This document shows, one piece after another, positions 1-12,334 of a stretch of 64,000 nt of DNA (position 1 is its first letter; every line of letters begins with the position of its first letter). Under the pieces are notes generated by a model. It saw nothing but the letters and a program-made list of their open reading frames with translations. It searched no databases and had not been told where the DNA came from. Source of the stretch: Octopus vulgaris (taxonomy: Eukaryota); NCBI GenBank assembly GCA_951406725.2, contig OX597824.1:24242001-24306000 (forward strand). Reading direction: 5' to 3'. The position numbers were made by a program, and so were the translations under genes.

Positions 1-127
1 CGACCACGGGACTTATTCTTTGTGAGCCTATTACTTATACTATCGGTCCTTATTCTAACGGTCTGTTTTGCCGAACCGCTAAGTTACGGGGAACGCACAA
101 AAATACGCACACACAGAGTCACACGCA

Positions 128-207
<80 letters not shown>

Positions 208-626
208 CTCTCTTTAATCGTTTACTTGTTTCAGTCATTTGACTGCGGCCATGCTGAAGCACTGCCTTTAGTCGAGCAAATCGACCACGGGACTTATTCT
301 TTGTTAGCCTACTACTTATTCTATCGGTCCTTATTCTAACGGTCTCTTTTGCCGAACCGCTAAGTTACGGGGAAATAAACGCACCATCATCGGTCGTCAT
401 GCAATGCTAGGGGGACAGACACAGACACACAAACATACACACACGCACACATACATATATATACGTCGGGCTTCTTTCAGTTTCCGTCTACATGGTCCAC
501 CCACAAGGCTTTGGTCGGCTCGAGGCTATAGTAGAAGACAGTTGCCCAAGATGCCACGCAGTGGGACTGAACCCGGAACCATGTGGTTGGTAAGCAAGCT
601 ACTTATCACACAGCCACTCCTACGCC
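208..626 (-). mobile_element. SINE family A (tRNA head + CORE-like domain + internal microsatellite + LINE-like tail), full length
   Basis: Minus strand: GGCGTAGGAGTGGCTGTGTGATAAG head, GGTTCAGTCCC B box, ATCTTGGGCAACTG CORE-like motif, internal (TA)/(TG) tract, tail GCATGGCCGCAGTCAAATGACTGAAACAAGTAAA; partial extra copy at 1-92. Confidence 0.85.
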
Positions 627-930
627 TATATATAAATACTGTGAAAATAATAAGGGTATAAAATTTAGAAAAACTTTCATACCAGTGGGTAGCATGCGTA
701 ATAATGCCAATAGACAATGTATTTTCATATATAATAGTGTACAAACAATTTATGTATTTATACACGAAACAGGTGACCTTTAACTGGACACCTTACATGC
801 TAGAAAGGGCAGTTAGTCCAAACCACGAAATGCGCAATTTCAAAGGAAAAGTGAATGAATATAAAAATATTATATATATATATATATACATACACATATC
901 TACATACATATACATACATACATACATACA

Positions 931-985
<55 letters not shown>

Positions 986-989
<4 letters not shown>

Positions 990-1836
990 GGGGAGTATAT
1001 TATTATTATTTAGTATAATATTATTATTTCTTTTTACTTATTATATAATGTTTATTCATTATTTTGTACTTTGTGTGATCTAGATATATGCTTGATATAT
1101 CTAGATATATAAAACATATATGGTTTATGGTTTATGTCTATCATTGTTTGAATTGCATAATAGTGGTTTTTCTCTAATTTATATATATATATATAATTTT
1201 ATATATGAGGATAATATCGATATTTAAGAATCAATATTATCAATTCTGACTATAAAAACCACGTTAAGTGTTCATATCGTACCATGAAATAAGACAGAAT
1301 TTCGACTGCTATTTCGGCATGTTGGTGTCTATTAGACACCCTCATTTTTAATTGTTAAAAATTATTACCTTTGGACGGTATTTTTCCCATGCTGGCCACT
1401 TGATAATATTGATACTTAAATATCGATATTATCCTCATATATAAATTTATATAATTCGTTATTATATTCACTGCGATGATTATTTTAACCATATCGTGCT
1501 TATGGGGTGCTTTGGCGGGCAATTTAACTGGCCGCGTGCATACGTACATATGTATTTATGTATGGACGTTCGTATATGTAAGTATATCGTTTGTTCTGCA
1601 TATATATATCAGTATTTATGTACCCTTGATATATTCAATTGATGACGGTAAAGCTTATTTAAAGCAAAACCAGAAATCCTGGATCTTGAATTATTCAATA
1701 ATTTTTGCTTGTATATTTTGTCCCTCTGTCTTATCTCATGGTACGATATGAACACTTAACGTGGTTTTTATAGTCAGAATTTCGACTGCTATTTCGGCAT
1801 GTTGGTGTCTATTAGACACCCTCTTTTTTAATTGTT
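986..1836. mobile_element. (TA)n-flanked non-coding element with internal direct and inverted duplications, probably Penelope-like remnant
   Basis: Direct repeat 1295-1356/1775-1836; inverted pairs 1198-1243/1400-1445 and 1244-1298/1725-1779; 1130-1180 resembles 49357-49410. Confidence 0.45.
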
Positions 1837-1861
1837 ATATATATATATATATATATATATA

Positions 1862-2059
1862 TGACCTCGTGTGTACCGTTGGCGATTTTTTTCCTCTGTC
1901 TTCCCTTCTCGGGATCTTTCCTTCTCCTATGTTTCCGACGAAGAGCTCCGCTCGAAACGTTAAACCCACCTTCTTCCCTTCTTTCCTGAGCGTCCAATAA
2001 TACTATATTTGTCTCACGTCCTCGCGTTGTTGTGTTTTTTTGTGTTTTCTTGTTTGGAT

Positions 2060-2063
<4 letters not shown>
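1862..2063 (+). mobile_element. Short (TA)n-embedded hammerhead-bearing element (Penelope-like pseudo-LTR type)
   Basis: Bounded by (TA)n on both sides; related copies at 28250-28450, 46500-46660, 48447-48627, 63282-63462. Confidence 0.6.
1931..1965 (+). ncRNA. Minimal type I hammerhead ribozyme-like motif (variant core CCGACGA)
   Basis: gttt-CCGACGA-a-gagc tcc gctc-GAAAC-GTT-aaac: stem I gttt/aaac, stem II gagc/gctc, loopless palindromic helix III AACGTT. Confidence 0.5.
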
Positions 2064-2104
<41 letters not shown>

Positions 2105-2190
2105 TAATAAATAAAACATATGCATACATACATACATATATGTACATATTTATATATTTATATATTTATATAAATGCATGTATGTGATAG

Positions 2191-2210
2191 AGAGATAGAT
2201 AGATAGATAG

Positions 2211-2272
<62 letters not shown>
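2191..2272 (+). repeat. (GATA)n microsatellite
   Basis: Tandem GATA units. Confidence 0.95.
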
Positions 2273-2274
<2 letters not shown>

Positions 2275-2468
2275 GCTACTATATAATGTAGCTCTCTGAA
2301 CAGGTGCACGAGGGTGTCGGAATGTATGTGAGTGTGTGTGAGACATTGTCTTCAGGTGTGTTCATGTGTGTGTGTGTGTGTGTGTATGTGTGTGTGCGTG
2401 TGTGTACTGCAATGATTTGTTGCGAAAAATGTTTGTAGATTAAATGGTTTGTTTACGTAATAAGTGCG

Positions 2469-2505
<37 letters not shown>

Positions 2506-2687
2506 AATGTATGTATATGTATATATATGTAATGTGTGTATTTATATATATATGTAATGTGTATGTGTATGTCACTATGCAAGTATTTGTAAAATAGATT
2601 ATATGGTTTGTTTACGTAATATGTTTGTGTGTATATATAAGAGTAGAACCAACAGATGGATTTAAGAGCGTGGTATAGACAAAAGAA

Positions 2688-2755
<68 letters not shown>

Positions 2756-3202
2756 TGTTGTGCTTGTATATGTTGATGGTTGCCTGGATATATACATTCA
2801 TATATGGACGTATATTCATCTATGGAAATGCATGTATTTGTGCATATGTTTATCTTCGCGTTTTATTTAAATTCTTTCCGACAAAGAAGGAACTGGTTTC
2901 TAACAGAGATACGAAGTGCCATCACAGGAATTTAGACGAAAACAAGAACGAAAATTTTGCATTGAATTCTTGAAAAAAAAAATCCTTGAAAATCCCATAC
3001 ACGAGCGTACGTTTGCGCGCGCGTGCATGTATGTATGTATGCATGTATTTATATCAGATATATGCATGAGCGTGAGTGCGTTTGTATGTGTGTGTTTGCG
3101 TGCGTGCGTGTGTATCTAGAACAAAGTTTGAAGAAATCGTATAAATATCTACATAAAATTCCGTAAATGAAGAAGTTTAAAATCCCTGTATTCTAATCAT
3201 GA

Positions 3203-3588
3203 TGGAAGCACTCCGTCGGTTACGACGACGACGAGGGTTCCGGTTGGTCCGATCAACGGAACAGCCTGCTCGTGAAATTAACGTGTAAGTAGCTGAGCAC
3301 TCCACAGACACGTGTACGCTTAACGTAACTTTCGGGGAGGTTCAGCGTTACACAATGCGTGGGAAGGATGGCCTTTTGAAATACAGGTACAACAGAAACA
3401 GGAAGAAAGAGCGAGAGAAAGTTGTGGTGAAAGAGTACAGCAGGGATCACCACCATCCCCTGCCGGAGCCTCGTGGAGCTTTAGGTGCTTTCGTTCAATA
3501 AACACTCACAACGCCCGGTCTGGGAATCGAAACCGCGATCCTCCAACTGCGAGTCCGCCGCCCTAACCACTGGGCCATTGCGCCTCCA
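3203..3588 (-). mobile_element. SINE family C (tRNA-Arg-like head), full length
   Basis: TGGAGGCGCAATGGCCCAGTGGTTAGGGCGGCGGACTCGCAG head, GGTTTCGATTCCC B box; near-identical copies at 28956-29340 and 38794-39182. Confidence 0.88.
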
Positions 3589-4099
3589 GAGGCTTAATTA
3601 TTGGACTTTATTACTTTGACCTTAAATCCAATTAATCCAATTAATCCAATTAATACTAAAGGCAACAAAAACAATGTCAGACTTTGTGCCTACCTAACAA
3701 AGAGTTTACGTACAAAGATCTTCATTTATTGATAAATTAATAAATTGTAAACAATAACATAACCCCAAATTTAATTAATTAAAATTTTTTCCAAAACACC
3801 TTTCCATAACGAGCAACCATAAAAACCTAATTACTTCCTCACTCAAACCCATACACCCACAGATGATTTTAACTCAACAAAGATTTTATAGAGGCAAAAC
3901 TAAATTGAAAACTGCACAATCTGATGATGACTTAGCTGGACGAAATTTCGATGGCACTCTGAGTAACATTCTTGTACAAGAATTATACATTTTTACTCTG
4001 CAAATGTGTAGAGTAAGCAATCAGATTAATATAAATTTTTTATTGTAATTGAACACATAAAAACACACATACATATCCATAAATAAATACATACATACA

Positions 4100-4426
<327 letters not shown>

Positions 4427-4477
4427 AAGGTGGCAAATGAAAGACGGAAGATGGAATATACGAGAATTTATTATTAA

Positions 4478-4583
4478 TCACGACAATTGTTTCGACACAT
4501 GTAGCATGGATCCCTCATGGGTGGGACCACTCAACAACTGATTCAGGAGCATCCGGTGGTACAGATTTCTCTCGTCGGGTGAT
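4478..4583 (-). ncRNA. Type I hammerhead ribozyme-like motif with enlarged loop II (core CCGACGA)
   Basis: Minus strand atcac-CCGACGA-ga...tc-GAAAC-aatt-GTC-gtgat: 5-bp stem I, palindromic helix III ACAATTGT, GUC cleavage triplet. Confidence 0.55.
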
Positions 4584-5812
4584 AAATAGATACAACTCGT
4601 TAAACAATATACAATACCAGCAGCAGGAATACGGGCCTGAAATACACATTAACTATCGAAACCCTGAACCTTGGTGTGTTTGATAAACTCAATTGTTTAT
4701 GAAGCCGAAGTCACAAGAGAAATCACGTAGGCGTATGCGATGGCAGTTTTAAAAGCCGTTGTGCAAAGCACCAGTCTTCTTTCCGATAATATCCGATATA
4801 TAGTTTACTCTTCCGTTATTAGTAAGATAACAAAAAAATAAAATTTGGGATTTATTGCGGAGGGTGAAAGTGGTAACAAAAACAGGACAGTGAGAACAAA
4901 ACAGTAAAAATAAACGGTGAGGGTTGTTAAGTCAAGACGATATGAAGTTATATATATATATGTAAACACACATACATATATGTACGTATATATACATAGT
5001 ATATGTGTATATGTATAAATTGTCGTATTTGTGAAAATGTGCATTTATGCACAACTCCACATGTGAACAGAATAGAGATGGTATGCAATGGTTTACAGGT
5101 TATGGAATTTGAAATAAAATGCTTGTATACTCAAGTATATTCAGAAATAGATGAATGTTTGTATAAATACATAAGCTTGTGTCGTTTATTTGAGACTAGA
5201 AATTATACGTGTTTCTGAAAATGATATCATTTGCTTTATAATAGTTGAAAAGTATTAAATATCATGGTATCTTTATCGAAAATATCGTTATTCTATGCTA
5301 CTCTATACTTTAAAAAGGTCAAAATCTTCGGTTGGTTTCGAGTAGAAGCACCGGAAAGTCTGATGACTAAGAACATTAGAGAGTGAAAGACAATAAAGTG
5401 GAATACCGATTAAATACCTTTTAGATGTTCTTCGTAAACGGTAAAAAAAAAATATCGATGAGAGGAGAAAAATTAAGATGTTAACATGATATTAAGTTTG
5501 TAGACGCGATGCACACCACGTTAGCTTAATCATATCAAGCAAAAAATTGACTATGCAATATGCGTATAGAATATACCTTGAGAGATGAGCACGGATGATA
5601 TATAATTTCATAAAATATTTATAGCACACTCTGAACTAGGATATGATGTGTATATAAATATATATATATATATATATTCATATATTATTATTGTGTGTTT
5701 ATTGTTTTCTATTTCTATATAAATAAATATATAAATATATATATACATATATGTATTATGTATGTATGTATGTATGTATGTATGTACGTATGTATGTATG
5801 TATGTATGTATG

Positions 5813-5881
<69 letters not shown>

Positions 5882-6269
5882 GTGTGTGCGTGATTGTATG
5901 TGTGTGTGCGTGTATATATATATATACGCATATAGTTTACTTACTTTTTTATGCATTTATTAAATTTTATATTGCGTTATATGTTTTTGTTATTTCACTC
6001 CAACGTTATATAATATCTAATATAATTATGTACCTGCCGCATTAATGTACCTGTTCACTTCCGAGTAACCCCTTACTCGAACACGTTCTCTCTCCCTCTC
6101 TCCCTCTCTCTCTCCCCCTATCTATCTATTTATATATATATATCACAATCCCAACGTTCTCTTTCTCTCTTTATCTCTCTCTCTCCTTCTTTCTCTCCCT
6201 CTCTCTCTCTAAATGAATACACACGTGCCTATGTGAGGATGTGTGTTCACATATATATGTGTGTGTGAA

Positions 6270-6500
6270 GGCGGTGAGCTGGCAGAAACGTTAGCACGCC
6301 TGGCGAAATGCGTAGCCGTATTTCGTCTGCCGTTACGTTCTGAGTTCAAATTCCGCCGAGGTTGACTTTGCCTTTCATCCTTTTGGGGTCGATAAATTAA
6401 GTACCAGTTACGCACTGGGGTCGATGGAATCGACTTAATCCCTTTGTCTGTCCTTGTTTGTCCCCTCTGTGTTTAGCCCCTTGTGGGTAGTAAAGAAATA
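6270..6500 (+). mobile_element. SINE family B (tRNA-like head, Meta-like central domain, L1/Tx1-like tail), full length
   Basis: GGCGGTGAGCTGGCAGAAACGTTAGC...GAGTTCAAATTCC...GACTTTGCCTTTCATCCTTT...GTACCAG...TTTAGCCCCTTGTGGGTAGTAAAGAAATA; many copies in the window. Confidence 0.88.
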
Positions 6501-6507
6501 TATATAT

Positions 6508-6556
<49 letters not shown>

Positions 6557-6902
6557 TTACTTATAGTTTCATGCTTTAGAGGTACAATATATTGGAAAAT
6601 CTCCAATGGTTAAAAGCCAAGCTGCGTTCTCATGAAGCACTTCTGCATTTTCCAGTACTTCGTTATATTTGTATGAAGTACGCGCAAGAGATGCAAATAC
6701 GGGAATATATTTTCTGCTGATTAAACAGTCATAGGAGGAGATTGGAAAATTCTTTGTATTTTTTCAATGGCCGTTATACGTGATTCATTTGTTAATAGGA
6801 GTACAATATAGTACGTGTAGTAAGTATATATAAACGCTTCATCTAAATGCTATTTCGTAATTTTTTATTCGCAACCCCGAAAATATACTATCCACTCCAA
6901 TT

Positions 6903-7418
6903 ATGAAGAAAAGAGAAGATGAAACCAATAAACTGTCCACAGTCTGTCTACCTTATGTGAAAGGCCTCTCCCAAAAGATACAAAAGATATGCGGCCCATA
7001 TGACATCAGGATAGTATTCAAGAGTAATACACTTCGCATATATCTCCGAGTAAAACCACCAATAGAAGAGAATATGACCAAAAACTGCGTGTAGTCCATC
7101 CCATGCAGCTGTGGTAGGTTATACCAAGGCGAAACATGCTTCCCCCTCAAAATAAAGGTAGAGGAAGATCGCAAAGCTACGACATGATAAGATAATGATA
7201 AATCGGGTGTAGCTGATCATGAATGGAAAAATGGAGACCACTTCCCTGTGTGGGATGAAGTTAAAATGATAGACAGAGAACACCACTGGAAAATACGAAA
7301 ACTAAAAGAAGCAGCACATATGCTAGGACACAACAACCTCCTAAGCAGACCGAGTGCAGATATGAATAGCATATGGGAACCATTATTAAGGAAGGATAGG
7401 AAATTATTAGATTTATAA
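6903..7418 (+). pseudogene. Penelope-type GIY-YIG endonuclease, disrupted
   Basis: LPYVKGLSQKIQKI...KNCV*SIPCSCGRLYQGETC...KSGVADHEW...WDEVKMIDREHHWKIRKLKEAAHM; stops at 7092-7094 and near 7185. Confidence 0.85.
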
Positions 7419-7448
7419 GCCTTTGGGATTCACTCCACAATTGCCCAC

Positions 7449-7521
7449 GGGCATAAGGCGTAGTGGTTAAGAGCGCGGGCTACTAACCCCAAGATTCCGA
7501 GTTCGATTCCAGGCTGTGACC
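7449..7521 (+). ncRNA. tRNA-like (Pol III A/B box) segment inside the Penelope-like 3' region; not a functional tRNA
   Basis: GGCGTAGTGGTTAAGAGCG A box, GGG-CTACTAA-CCC anticodon-like arm, GAGTTCGATTCC B box; acceptor stem poorly paired. Confidence 0.6.
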
Positions 7522-7673
7522 TGAATAGTAGTAGTAGTAGTAGTAGTAATAAACGACATCGAAGATTACCTAAAGTTCGAAATTTCCTAAAGTTCGAAAT
7601 GAAGGCTGGAGGGTATATCAGCCGAAACGTTGTGTTAGCAACAAACAAGATGAGGACAAATATCCGTCAGATG

Positions 7674-7903
7674 TAAATAATATAAATAATGTACATAATT
7701 CTTTATCTCTTAAATATAGAACTGTGTTATTTGATTCCCTGCAGATAACAGCAGATATCTTACGTGTTTTCTACATGTACAAGTCGATAACTCCTAGTAC
7801 ATGTAAAAAACACGTAAGATATCTGCTGTTATCTGCAGGGAATCAAATAACACAGTTCTATATTTAAGAGATAAAGAATTATGTACATTATTTATATTAT
7901 TTA
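7674..7903. repeat. Long inverted repeat, 107-bp arms, 16-bp spacer
   Basis: 7674-7780 is the reverse complement of 7797-7903 with one visible mismatch; the spacer recurs at 7908-7923. Confidence 0.95.
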
Positions 7904-8676
7904 TATTAAGTCGATAACTCCTATAAGCAAATGAAAGACGTGTAACGGTGAATACTAAATAATAACCAAAACTTTTCCAATTTCTTCTGTGTGCGTGTGT
8001 GTATGTGTGTGTGCATGTGTCCCATCACCGCCTGATAACGGATGTTGTTTCTTTTTATTACATCCCTTTAACTTAAAAGGACAGCTGTGAGAAAGGACTT
8101 GAAGCGTGGATGGCAAGGGGGAAATTGTGAACCTGGTATCTGTGTTTGAGCAACCATGGCCAGCTGACGTGTGCGTGTATACTCTGTGTGTTTATGCGTG
8201 AATATATGTGTGAATGCACGACTCAGTGTGTGTGTGTGTCCATGTTTTCTCTTTATGTGTGTGTATCCCATTTAAATGTGTGTGCAAGAACACGTAAGTA
8301 TGAAGGTATTATATGCATGTATACTATAAGTTTTTGTGAGTATGTCTGAATACGTGTGTGTATGTGTGTATACAAAGGGATTGATCGAATGGAGCAACTG
8401 TTCTGCTGGTACATTTAACATCCAAGGAAATAAAAATATATCTATTACTTTGTACAGTGTATACATGTACAGTCAAAAGCACATACATTTCCATTAAGTA
8501 TTCTGCTAACTAAACGACATGTCGGTGTTTCGACGAAATACAGAGATACACAGATATATACAAGTGTCATTGCAGCTAACTGCCCTTCCTGCACATGCCA
8601 AAAGGGTGCACAAAGAGATGGGTGCATTCTGGTAATTATGTATGTTTGTATTGGTAGATAGATAGATAGATAGATA

Positions 8677-8758
8677 TGTTTCTTTATTAGCCACACAGGG
8701 CTGCACACAGATAGAACAAATTACAAGGTAGAGCTTTTCTTTTGAAGGTTTAAAAAGA
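8677..8758 (-). mobile_element. L1/Tx1-like LINE 3' end, copy 1, inside (GATA)n
   Basis: Minus strand ...AAAAGCTCTACCTTGTAATTTGTTCTATCTGTGTGCAGCCCTGTGTGGCTAATAAAGAAACA then (TATC)n; GATA on both sides. Confidence 0.75.
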
Positions 8759-8840
<82 letters not shown>

Positions 8841-8876
8841 GATGGATGGATGGATGGATGGATGGATGGATGGATG

Positions 8877-8914
<38 letters not shown>

Positions 8915-8932
8915 AAGATAGATAGATAGATA

Positions 8933-9440
8933 AGTTTCTTTATTGGCCACACAGGGCTGCACACAGATGGGACAAGTTACAAGGTAGAGCTTTTCTTTTG
9001 GAGGATGAAAAAAACAAAAAACAAAAGAAAAAAGGGGTGGCGTAGGTTTTTGATCAAGAGGGATCGTAAAAGGGAAGAAAAGAACAAAAAAATAATAAAA
9101 GAAAAAAAGAAAAAGAAAAAAGAAAAGGAAAAGGAACAAAAGAAAAGAGAAATGAAAAAAGAAGAAAAAGGGGAAAAAAAGGGGAAGAGGAAAAAAAACG
9201 ATCAATAGGGATCGTGTATCACAGTGTTATGATATATAGTGTAAAGGGGAAAGCAAGTAAGGCTTATCCGTGGGAAGAAAAGCCTACGAAAAAGATCACG
9301 GTAACCTTGGTCAATATTGTTATATGTTACCACATTTGTTTGTAAGTGGGTAACCCTCTGTTTTCAATTTCTGGGTTCATAGGATTATGCTCAAGGTGGC
9401 TTCGTCATTCATACGTGCCATCCTTGCTACATTCACCCAG
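8933..9440 (-). mobile_element. L1/Tx1-like LINE 3' end, copy 2, inside (GATA)n
   Basis: Encodes WVNVARMARMNDEATLSIIL*, T-rich 3' UTR, AATAAA near the end; GATA arrays at both junctions. Confidence 0.78.
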
Positions 9441-9547
<107 letters not shown>

Positions 9548-9739
9548 CGAAGAAGAAATCAAGGCCGGGACTCATTCTTTGTAAGCCTAATAATTCTATC
9601 GCCCTCTTTTGGCGAACCGCAATGTCACGGCGACGTAAACACGCCAACATTGGTTATCAAGCGATGGTGGGTGGGGGCAAACACGGACACAAAGACACAC
9701 ACACACGAATGCATACATATATTTATATATATATTCATA

Positions 9740-10739
9740 TGTTCCGTATACATTCGACCCTCTTTCCAAGAAATCCAATGACTGTGGCTTGGTTTTTCCT
9801 TGGGGCTGGCCGGGTCGAAGTAATATCGAGATTAAACAGCCGAAATTACTAAGATGATCCGGTTCCCGACTGAAGATTAGAGGCTTCGAGTGACCCGTCT
9901 GTTTTTTTGTGTCGTCTCCTTGTGTGTTTTTGCGTTCTTGTCCCACTTTGTAATTTATATTTTATATTTAATTTCTATACATATATTATTGCGGCGTTAC
10001 GTACCCCTATCTCCTATGTATACTACACATTTTTACCTTGTACAACGTCTTTACACACTCTCTCTATAGTATGTGTCTTTCTCTTTTCTTGCCTCTGATT
10101 CTACCCCCACCTTATTTGCACTGTCATTTCTATTGCTGTGCCAATCCTGTTTCTTCTCCCCTCTCCTATTACTCCCTTCTCTCTCTCTCTCTCCCCTGGT
10201 GCCTTCGTCCCTTTCTTTCCCTCTCTCTTTGATTCCTTGCTCCCTGCCTTTCTTTTTTCTTTCTCTTTCTTCCGTGCTCTCACGTGACCGCGTTCAAACT
10301 GGTCATTTCGGCCTGACCGCAGCCACGCTCACGTTGTTTTCGTTTTTGCCGTTGAAGGCTTTTTTCATATACGCCAGCCAAGATAAGTTAAAAATTGTCT
10401 AAAGTCGTAAGACGCTCCTGTCCTTGTACTGTCCACCTTCGTGTTTTTTTATTTCTGTTTTTTATTTCTATTTTTGTTTCTTGTATTTATGTTCGTGTGG
10501 CATCCTGTCTTTGTTCCGTATACATTCGACCCTCTTTCCAAGAAATCCAATGACTGTGGCTTGGTTTTTCCTTGGAGCTGGCCGGGTCGGAGTAATATCG
10601 AGATTAAACAGCCGAAATTACTAAGATGATCCGGTTCCCGACTGAAGATTAGAGGCTTCGAGTGACCCGTCTGTTTTTTTGTGTCGTCTCCTTGTGTGTT
10701 TTTGCGTTCTTGTCCCACTTTGTAATTTATATTTTATAT

Positions 10740-10746
<7 letters not shown>
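9740..10746 (+). mobile_element. Element with ~235-bp terminal direct repeats (Penelope-like pseudo-LTR arrangement)
   Basis: 9740-9974 and 10512-10746 nearly identical, contain GACTGAAGA; ends in (TA)n; related solo copies at 12328-12480 (-) and 46676-46810 (+). Confidence 0.65.
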
Positions 10747-10818
<72 letters not shown>

Positions 10819-11053
10819 TATATATACAAAATAAGAAAATGGAGAAATACGTCCAAGTCAAATATCAACTACCAGATAATACTCAATCACATACTTTATT
10901 AAACCACCTCATAAGAAACTTTAAGGTCAAACATAATATAGAACAAAACAGTTTACATAGAGGAGTGTACATAAAGGAGTAATATGATACAATAAGTACA
11001 ATATGTATAAGAGAATATAAATATAAATAAATATAAATATAAATATAGACTAC

Positions 11054-11180
11054 ATCTTACAGCTGTTTCGGCCATGCAGATAAGTATGTCTCATTTTACT
11101 TATATTAGCCATTTGTGGTAGGTCAATATGTAGTTATAAATGAGATATATACAAAAATATCCTAAGGCCTCTTCGGAGAT
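11054..11180 (-). ncRNA. Type I hammerhead-like motif (core CCGAAGA, large loop II), left arm
   Basis: atct-CCGAAGA-ggcc...ggcc-GAAAC-agct-GTA-agat. Confidence 0.55.
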
Positions 11181-11730
11181 TATGATATACAAACCAAATC
11201 ACATATACACTTATATAAGTGTGGGTACATACCCATAATAAATCATATGCATATACATATGAGTGCATATACTCATACTCCTATACATATACATATACAT
11301 ATACATAATAATATAAATAATATAAATCAATAAACATACATATGTTCCATATTCAATGTTACAGTTTTTCAACTTAACATTGTGATATTACAATGTAGAA
11401 AACATACACATATCTATACCCAAATGCAGATATACAACGTCAAGAGTACATTATATTAATTTATATTAATTTACAAAATGTCATTAATGTTAACATCATT
11501 TCCATTATCATTACCACTAATGCTACCAATACCATTATTCTTATTATTAATAACACTAATACTAGTAAAACAATATATAGATCCCATTATTAGCAATATA
11601 ATAGCAAAACTAAGGACCACAATAGTACTACAGTACTATGCAAAGCATTAAATATCTGCATATACATGCAAAATAAGAAATAAAAGCATTCTGTTTACAT
11701 GATATTAAGATCCACAGGTGCATAGATGTA

Positions 11731-11857
11731 ATCTCCGAAGAGGCCTTAGGATATTTTTGTAAATGTCTCATTTATAACTACATATTGACCTACCACAAAT
11801 GGCTAATATAAGTAAAATGAGACATACTTATCTGCATGTCCGAAACAGCTGTAAGAT
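11731..11857 (+). ncRNA. Type I hammerhead-like motif (core CCGAAGA), right arm
   Basis: atct-CCGAAGA-ggcc...gtcc-GAAAC-agct-GTA-agat; one stem II mismatch. Confidence 0.5.
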
Positions 11858-12263
11858 GTAGTTTATATTTATATTTATATTTATTTATATTTATATTCTC
11901 TTATACATATTGTACTTATTGTATCATATTACTCCTTTATGTACACTCCTTTATGTACACTGTCTTGTTCTATATTATTATGCTTGACCTTAAAGTTTCT
12001 TATATGGTGGTTTAATAAAGTATGTGATTGGGTATTATCTGGTAGTTGATACTTGATTTGGATGTATTTCTCCATTTTCTTATTTTGTATTATGAATTTG
12101 TGGTAAAACATTTTACCTTTGCCCATATAATACAGTAAATGAATTAATTGCATCGCAATTCTTAACATTTATGTATTAACTTTGTTGGGTACTTCACTAG
12201 CAGTATATTGGATATATGTTATCCCATGGAGGGTTGCATTTACAACCCCTATCTCAATATGTA

Positions 12264-12327
<64 letters not shown>

Positions 12328-12334
<7 letters not shown>

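Larger units (their letters stand above)
6876..7724 (+). mobile_element. 5'-truncated Penelope-like retroelement (GIY-YIG end plus 3' non-coding region)
   Basis: GIY-YIG coding remnant followed by tRNA-like segment and hammerhead remnant. Confidence 0.8.
10824..12090. repeat. Inverted repeat with ~360-bp arms (Penelope-like ends in inverted orientation)
   Basis: 10824-11182 vs 11729-12090 reverse complementary; both give the same spurious peptide IQNKKMEKY.Q.KYQLPDNTQSHTLLNH. Confidence 0.92.

Noticed and set aside
3918-3952. CTGATGA...GAAA hammerhead candidate (also 5360-5392 and 46982)
   Set aside because: Stems I/II or helix III do not pair convincingly
7449-7521. Functional tRNA gene (also the SINE heads)
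   Set aside because: Acceptor stems poorly paired and each lies within a repeat element
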